NCBI GenBank assembly: GCA_964057225.1
Contig: OZ059899.1
Span: 5,084,001-5,148,000, forward strand
Direction: 5' to 3'
From: Auanema rhodensis
Lineage: Eukaryota; Animalia; Nematoda
Length of the DNA: 64,000 nt
Positions 56,135-64,000 of the stretch are shown in pieces. The notes under the pieces are model-generated. The model made no database searches, was not told the origin of the DNA, and worked only from the letters and a program-made list of their open reading frames with translations. Every line of letters begins with the position of its first letter. The stretch's first letter is position 1. The position numbers and the translations under genes were made by a program.

Positions 56135-59100
56135 ATGTCCGAATTAAAGACCAGTAGGAAGAGGAAGCTAGAGCATACTTTTAGCCCTAAACAGAAGACT
56201 CCGAACCGTCCTAGAAGTCCGCCCAAGAAAGGTAAATATTGTTTTATCTGGGAGTTTGTGCTCGAAATCGTGTGTACATTGGGAGGAGATTCGAGGAGTT
56301 CTTCCGTTTTTCGTTGTGGTTTCGAAATTATTATACTTATATATCTATCTCTTTATTTTAAAATCTACAAAACGTTTACAGCCCGCAATTTTTTACATAA
56401 AGTTCTCCTGGTTGGATTCCCGGAGAAAGAGAAGCTAGAATATCAAAAATTAATTGTTGGAAATGTTGAATTCGTAGATGTATAGTGATTGACTAATAGA
56501 TTAATTGTCTCATTCTTCTAATACTTTCAGTATTTGGCCCATGATATAACTCACATTATTCTAAAGCCTGCATCTGTTAAGGACAAAAATTTCAGGTGGA
56601 CACCATTATACTTCGGAACGATTGCTGGTGAGTTTCATTAGTCGTTCAAAATTTTTTTTTGTTTTTGTTTTAGGTGCTTGCTTTCTTAGAATTGACTGGT
56701 TGAAAAAATCTTTTGCTAAGAAGATAATTCTCAAAGAAGAACCATTTGTTTTTAAAGACAGTGACATTGACATTCGTGTTATTCGAAGCAAACTTAATAA
56801 AATATCCTTGCCTGAGATACTTAAATTGTAAGAAACCCATATATTTTCTATATTATTTTTATTTTTAGATCAGCTTTTTATTCAAAAATGTCGGGAAGGA
56901 ATGTATTCGCAGATGAAGTTTTTTCTCGAGTTCTGATTATAGGTAGAAAAACAAAAGAAGGTCGTCAGAGAAAAAATGAATTAAGAGCGTTAGTATAGCT
57001 TCGGGTTTTCTCATATCTACTGTTTATTTCAGTGTATTGGAGGCAGGAGGTGCTTTTATAAAACCGGACGATACCTTGAAGAGTCTAAAAGATAAGAAGA
57101 ACACTAATCTTTGGGTCAATGTAAGTTCATATGATCTTTAATTACAAATTCTTATTTCTATTACTTTTAGGCTACTGCAGTTTTCATTCTAAATGGGGAC
57201 TCGTTAGAAGATGCTGATATTAACGAAGAGTTTATTCGAACAATTCTTCTAAATCGTATTCCTATAATGTATGAACAATTTATCACAATGTGCATTAGGC
57301 AAAAGGTAATGTACATTATATTGTTTTGTTTTGTTTCATATTATTATATAAGAGAATGTTTAGCTATTCCCCAATCGTGAAGTGATGTTAACTAACAGCG
57401 CTTCGTATTGGAGAAATGATCATTCACCCAACATTGTTTTCGATGAACAAAGTTTCAATTACATAACTAGCGGGGCTGGATATCCCACGCCCCAAGCGTT
57501 TTCTTCTAATGTACATTTTTGTTTCTCTTTTTTAGTTTGCTTCATTTGCTTTTAGAAACTTACTCGTCGCTCACGAACCAAATCACCTAGTATGATGGAC
57601 GATTTGAATGAATCTTCGTAAATATTAAAAATATGTATTTATTTTATATTTTTCGACTAATTTTAGAATTTCACATATATCGTTGAGTGATTTTGAACGA
57701 GAAATTTCCGAGAATAATTTGACTGTTCACCCTGAACCCTTATTAGCCGAAGAAGAAGAAGAAGATGAACGAGCAGTAACATTTTATATTTAAAAACTAT
57801 TTTTAAAGTCATTCCACCTTGCAGATTTCTTTAATTTTCTCTGAGGCAAATCTGAGCCAAACTACAATATCTGTCTTGTCTGATTTTACTACAGTCCTGG
57901 GAGAAGCAGATGTTACCATGTTTAATGAGAAGCCACCCCTTACCTGGGTAGATTGGAGAGCTGAGTTGAGCATCTGTATTCCTCAAGCTCTAGCGAGAGC
58001 TGGAACGGTATCGATATTTTACATTCAAGTGTTCTTGAATTATTTTTTAGGAATCCGGTTATATGAGTGAAAATGCTGTATCTGCATATAATATGATCTG
58101 TAGTGATTTTTCGAATTATGAACCAACTAGTGCTGTAAGTATATCACGTCCAAAGAACAGTAAACATTTTGCCCAGGTACATGATCTCATTTGTCATGAT
58201 AGTGTAAGCTATATTCGTCACTCGATGGATTCTAATTTTCTTCCCGAACCTGATATCTTATCTAAAATGCTGCACGAAATAGCTATGGTATTGTATTGTT
58301 TTTCTGAAAATTAGAAATTAATATATTCAGCCTTCATATGGTACTAGATTTGATAGTTCGGATTCAGTTTACAAATTAATCGCAGCTTTATTGAAGCAGT
58401 TCCCTCCTACCCATAGTGGTGGAAGACTTTATTGGCTAAAAGTTGAAAAATTCTTTTTTTTTTGTTAGTATTGTATTTCAGGTATTTTCTCAAGCCATAA
58501 TTGTTAGCAATGCACGAAAGTCAGAAGAATTAACTCCTATTCGTAGATTTAAAGCTGAACTAAAATCATTCAGAGAGAAAGTTTTTAACACATTTTCGTA
58601 CGTTTTGGTTTTGATGTCTCTTTTAATTATTATTCCTACAGAAAAGAGGGGACCAATCCGAATTTGATGTCCTTATTGTTAATGTTGCTTGAATATGATC
58701 TCTACGCCTTGCAGGTAAACTCACTAATTTTAAGCTAAACATTATTTTCAATCTTCTTCAGGGTTGCGGCCTAACTGGGAGCCAGGAAGCATTTGAGCGT
58801 GAACCAGATACATGTTCGTCAAAAACTAGATCACGGTAGGAAGCTATAAAAAATTGTTTTGGAAAAAAATATATTACAGATGCTCTGAAAACGAAGAAAT
58901 AAATTTGGAAGGAATCCCTCTTGCTTTCCTGGTTCTTTTCGAACCGAGTGGCTATCGACGAAGAGGACTTGACGAAACTTCAAAAAAATCTCTTGCTGAC
59001 GTAACCGATTATCTTTCAGCAAATGAGTTTAATGTATGAAGAGTTAACATAACTAAAACTATAATATAAGCTTACAGAGTAATTTGGTTCGCAGTTGTTC

Positions 59101-59393
59101 AAGATTCATAGCAGTAGTGTTGGAATCTGTTCGATGGTATTCTGTTGAGGTTTACTTTTAAAAATATCACTAAAAGTTTATTCTGTATTTAAGATACTCC
59201 ATTGTGCAGAGTCAGGCCAACTTCCGATAGAGATGCAGCAGGATCTGAAATATGTAATGCGCCACTTCCTCAAAAAAGGTATGAATTCCTTTTATATAGA
59301 TTCAGTATATAATGTTTAGGCTGGGACGTGAAATTTTTAAAACAAGTTTTTCCTCTAATCTATATGTATCCTTTGATTGATTCACTTGCATAA
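56135..59393 (+). CDS. Tandem-BRCT protein with a helical C-terminal domain; SLF1/Nse5-like candidate
   Basis: Basic NLS-like N-terminus; BRCT1 (VLLVGF...ITHII...RWTPLYFGTIAGACFLRIDWLKKS); BRCT2 (RVLII...LRAVLEAGGA); later FLPEPDILSKML...LIAALLKQFPP. The exon chain ends at TAA 59391-59393. Confidence 0.75.
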
Positions 59394-60256
59394 TGTAAAG
59401 AGCCTGTATATAGCTACTTACTCTTAGATATTAGGTTGACGAAAGAGCTTTATTACTTTTATTTTTGTGTTTTGAAATTCGAAGTCTGTGAATGGTCATC
59501 ATTTTATCACCGGTACAATAGATTCTCTCATCTTAATAAAAATAAATTAATTACCATTTTAACTGTTTTATTAAGTAATGTTAATAAATTACTAGCTCAT
59601 TGTTCGAAAAATAATGAATTATTTTACTGATATATTGAAACTAATTTTAAATTCATGCAACCATATTCTCAACATTTATTTTATAATATCATAATTTTGG
59701 TTTGAGGTTTGCTCTATTGCTAACTTTATAAATAGAGCTATTCTTATGCCAATAGGTCAGGATGACTATAAAAGTAATGTTTCATCGCCGCAGAGTATTT
59801 TTAGCTGTAACGAGGACAAGAAGAAAAAGGATCTATCTTTTTGAAAGCTGAACTATTTCAATTCAACTATGATTACTAAATCAGTTTACTCAGATCGCAA
59901 TTCAAACTAGTACTACACATATTCCTATCATCGGAAGAAGTGCAGTACGTCGACAGTTTAACAGTTAAATGAACCTTTATTATTTTGCAAGCTCATACTA
60001 CAAATCGTTTTTTCACTCTTATTAAACTCACTACGTGAGTTTTTTAAAATTTTTCTTGAGAAACATACCAAAAAATTTTTACCTGAACCGAAGATGTTTT
60101 ACTCTTTTTTTTAATCTGATGCTGTATATGTTGTATCTTCTATGGACGGTTCAATTTAATTTGTCATTGGTAAATAGTCAAGTTGTTTGTGTGTTAATGG
60201 TTGAGTGTGACAGTTTGCAATTTCATACAAGGGTCTTAAGTTCGGATCCCCCATGT

Positions 60257-60333
60257 GCTATGAAGAGAATGTGCCACTGTAAGTGTCGTCGTTGACACGG
60301 ATGTAGAGACCTAGGCACAGGGGCCATCTGAGC
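60257..60333 (+). ncRNA. Candidate box C/D snoRNA preceded by a tRNA-like A/B-box element
   Basis: Imperfect box C (ATGAAGA, 60260) and box D (CTGA, 60328) with short GCT/AGC ends and an internal GTGTCG/TGACAC stem. It is a GC-rich island in an AT-rich spacer, with upstream GTTCGGATCCC (B-box-like) and a T6 tract at 60356. Confidence 0.35.
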
Positions 60334-60527
60334 TATATGAAACAAAAACGTACCATTTTTTCTCTTTTGTGTTAATAGCTGCGATAATAAAATTGGACTG
60401 GCATATTTCTATCAATCCATATTTAGAGAGTTTATTTGGCTCGATATCTTTCTTTCTCGATAAATCTCGTATTGCTGTTTCGGTCTTTATTTCTGTAATT
60501 AAACTTTCAAATCTTATAGATTTTTCA

Positions 60528-63500
60528 ATGGGTGACTCCAGTGCTGCTGAAACATGTATGATAAATATTTTTTGATTTTATTCTAATTCTACATTTATAG
60601 TAGAGAAGATATATTTGAGACTTGCTTTATGTGATAGTGATGCTCAACTGCAATCTTTCACTAACAAACATTTGGTTGAACTCATAACTATTGTTGATAA
60701 GAATCCAGTACTTCTTGTTAAGGTATGATAATAAAAAAAAATATACAGATTAGTCATATTCTGTAGGCTAAAGAGATACTCTCTCATTATAATACTCGTG
60801 TTCGAAATAACGTAGAAATTGCTTTTCCCATCAATGGATTATTGGAAGCTTTGTTTAATGGTGGCACATTAGCTAGGGTTCGTACCAGTAGAGATAGATT
60901 CAAAAGATATATAGGTTTAGAATTTGGTTCTCATTTATTTACGTATGGGCAGGGCTCGACTAAATGATGAACAGCATTTACAATTATTACCAATTTTCAT
61001 CGAGGGAATCGCTAAGAAATCTTCGGATCGAAATTATTGTTTTGAGTAGGTTGTTTTTTGTGACCCTCTACTAAAGTCAGACATATAGACTATTGAGTCT
61101 GGCACTACCAGGTTTCTTCGCATTGTCCAAATTGGATAACCCTAAATGGCCAAAGCTTGATCTTTCTGAAGACGTTAAGAAAGTGATTCTTCGCTTCTTC
61201 CATTGTTTTGTTGTCTATACACCAAATAGAAAGTTTGATTAGTATAATTACACGGATTTGATTATATTCATTTTAGAACAATAACGGGAGATGTTATACC
61301 TATATCTGATTCGGAATATGATATAATTAAGAAGTTCATTGCATCTGAAAGTGAATCAATGATCAATAGTGAAGTTAGTAATGCTTATTAAATTTATTTA
61401 TTCTCTATTTATTCTAATTGATAGAAGAAGAATGCCATCTTGAAAATATGTGAAAATGGATTGTTTGCTGATCAAGAATACTTTTCTTTAATGGTAATAG
61501 CTGCTGGTGTGGAAGATGATAAGTAAAGTTTTTTTGAAAGTTTTTCCAACTAAGCAATTCGACTATTTAGAGTATCAAGCGCAGCAGATTTAGCTTTAAA
61601 GAAAGTTGATATGTAAGAACGTCTTTTACATTTTTAAATGAAGTTTTATTTTTCAGTCAACATTGTGTTGATTCTCCCGAAGTTGTTAGCAATTTGATGA
61701 ATATTTTTCTTGGTGAAAAGACTGGAACTCAGATTCCTGTCCAAAATCAAGTTGGTATATCTGCAACCTTATTTTACATTTCAATTTTTTTAAGTCTGAA
61801 TGTGCCAGCTATACTATGAAATGTAAAATTTTAAATTTCTTAACTCGGTCTGCAATCGCTCCAACAACTTATATGAATAATCTTAAGGTACACTTTATAA
61901 TATATTTAAAAAAAAACTAATTCTATCATAGATTTGTTTGAAAAGTATTGATCAAGGAGCTCGTCCAAAGTTACAATCGGGAGCTTTGATGTTTTTATTG
62001 AAAGTTATTGAGAAAATGTCCGGCACTGCTCTCAATAGTTTTGGTCCTTCATTATTTGGAAGACTTTTTCAAATAACTGCAAATACGGTGATAAAACTTT
62101 TATAATGTTTGTTCATTAAAGTTATATTTTAAGGATAATTCTCAATGCTTAGAATTGATTTACCGCTGCATGGGAGCTTTAGGAAAAGCTCATAAAAGTT
62201 TAGTTGTATCTAATATGGATGTTGTAACTGAACTTTTTCAATGTATATCTGTGGTATTATGCGTTTTCGGTATTATTCTAAAAGAGTTAATAAATTCAGA
62301 GTACCGATAATGTAGCTTATTCTGTAGTGGAAGCTTTGACTGACTGGTTACCAGCCTTCTGTCAGTCAGAAGACCAAGTTATTTTAAACAATTTAAAATC
62401 ACTAGTTTCCAACTTTGTGGTTCATGTAAGTTCTTAAAAGTTGAATTATTCTAAAGCACAATTCTTAAAATAAAAAACTTTAGTTTACCAAAGAAATGAT
62501 GACAATGGTTTGGTTTTAAAATTATTATTTGAGTTTCTTTAGTTTTTCTCGGGGATCATTTCTATATTCAAACTATATATCATATGTTTCAACTTACCCT
62601 TATAGTAAATTTTTTAAGCAAAATGCTAAATGTCGGCTCATTGCTTTGAAGTATGTGGAAGCTTTACTATCCGACCAGGAAATGGATATAAAATGGATCT
62701 TATTATTAGCTGCTGGAGATAGGTAATTCTTATTTCACATTTCCCTTATTTTTCAATATTATATAGTCGGGATGAAATGAAGAAAGAAGCTGCACGTCTT
62801 TTGGATCTCAGTTTAACAAAGAATGCTGTTCCATCATTGCAATTTATAGTTGATTTTCTTTGGGAGAAGACAAAAAATGATATTGTGGATGAACATGGTA
62901 AAGAAGTTATTTTATCAAAACAAACTGTTTCTGCTGAAACGTATCAAATGGTTTGAAAATGATTCTTTTATTTTTACATACACAATTTTTCATTTTAGTG
63001 CTCCAGATATCTTTGGGCAGTTTGTGAAAGGTTGTGCGGTCTTGAACCTGATCTTCGGATAATCGAAGGAGACGATCACTGGATGACAGCTTCTCCAAAA
63101 ATTGCAAAAATGATCAAAACTTTGAATGAAGATATTCTTCATAGAATGACTTTAATAGTTCTACAAACTGTTCGACAAGCATACGGTAAGTGGTTTCAAT
63201 TATTTGAAAAAACCAACATTAAAACCGTCATCGTTAGATCAAAGTCGATTTGTTTATGTATACAAAGAAGGTAGAAATAATATAATTCCATTTTTTTCTG
63301 TTTGATTGAATTATTCCTTAAATCCCAAAAAAGTACTCGAATAATTTTTCTTCTGTTTTTCTTATCCTTATATTTTTCTTTTTTTATAATTAAAATATTT
63401 ATTTTATAGATGTTCATTTCTTCCGAATTGCCGCCTGTTTTATCTCTGTTCGCCCTATTCCAAATATGTCATTAACTATCGAAGCTTGTGCACAACGTGC

Positions 63501-64000
63501 TCGAGATAGTTCTCGCGGAGAGCTCTCTTCATGTGCATCTTTCGTATCATGCACCCTTATGACCCCTGAAAATCGTGCTGTGTTCCATAAACTAAATTTG
63601 GAACAAATAGAGAAGGTTGGGCAGTACTTATATCATATTTTTGAAATCTATCTGTTTTACAGGTAAAGAAATCTGGATATTGCTGGTTGGCAACTTATGC
63701 CCTCATTGTTAGTGATTTGAAAGACACTGTCTCCCAATCCAGAGAATTTGTCAATGAGCTTCTTAATATTGCTGACCAAGAATACAATGGAACCAGTAGT
63801 CTCTTAGAAGGTGTTCTAGGATGCTTAGTTGCTATCTTGAGAACATACCATAAGGGTACTGTGGTAAGTATTAAAATATTTTATTTTAATACCACTTCCT
63901 CATTTATAGCCTTTGGAGCTACCCACAGAGGTATTAGAGAAAATGTTTAATGTTTGTGAAAAGATTGCTGGTTCTCGTAGAGATTCGTTGTCCACCAAGG
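60528..64000 (+). CDS. ECM29: Proteasome adapter ECM29 (HEAT repeats), 3' end beyond the window
   Basis: The N-terminus LEKIYLRLALCDSDAQLQSFTNKHL...EILSHYNTRVR...FPINGLL...NLVLIYLRMGRARL matches the ECM29 pattern; LLLAAGD.RDE occurs later. Confidence 0.85.

Noticed and set aside
59757-59852. GGATGA...CTGA as a second C/D snoRNA
   Set aside because: The box C is weak, and there is no convincing terminal stem or promoter.
60240-60333. ACAGGGGCCAT and ATCCCC resembling RNase MRP P4 strands
   Set aside because: The canonical GAAAGTCCCC is absent, the spacing is too short and no P1 partner was found; a C/D snoRNA reading fits better.

Overview
This is AT-rich eukaryotic DNA from a rhabditid-type nematode: introns are mostly 40-50 nt, acceptors are TTTCAG/TTTTAG, and the proteins closely resemble C. 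elegans ones. The six-frame ORF track therefore shows only exon fragments, and I assembled the gene models by hand. From 1 to about 21,000 the window is mostly non-coding and holds three small phase-compatible minus-strand exons of a gene running off the left edge (tentatively ncl-1/Brat). Next come eat-4 (VGLUT, minus), an F-box gene (plus), glr-1 (AMPA-type glutamate receptor, minus) and calpain-7 (minus). From 44,690 a dense plus-strand, operon-like run follows: PIG-T, an unknown protein with a possible SGNH/OSK-like C-terminus, orc-3, two tandem VMA21-like genes, pdcd-2, a tandem-BRCT SLF1/Nse5-like gene and ECM29 (truncated by the window end). The most notable observation is the interlocked VMA21/PDCD2 locus: 2 nt separate the stop from the next ATG, the shared exon contains no ATG, and skipping it gives an in-frame fusion. 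Also notable are four GC-AG introns, a pseudo-tRNA plus C/D snoRNA-like cassette, and several candidate structured RNAs. I found no CRISPR arrays, rRNA, intact tRNA or transposase. Homology calls rest on recalled motifs, not database searches.
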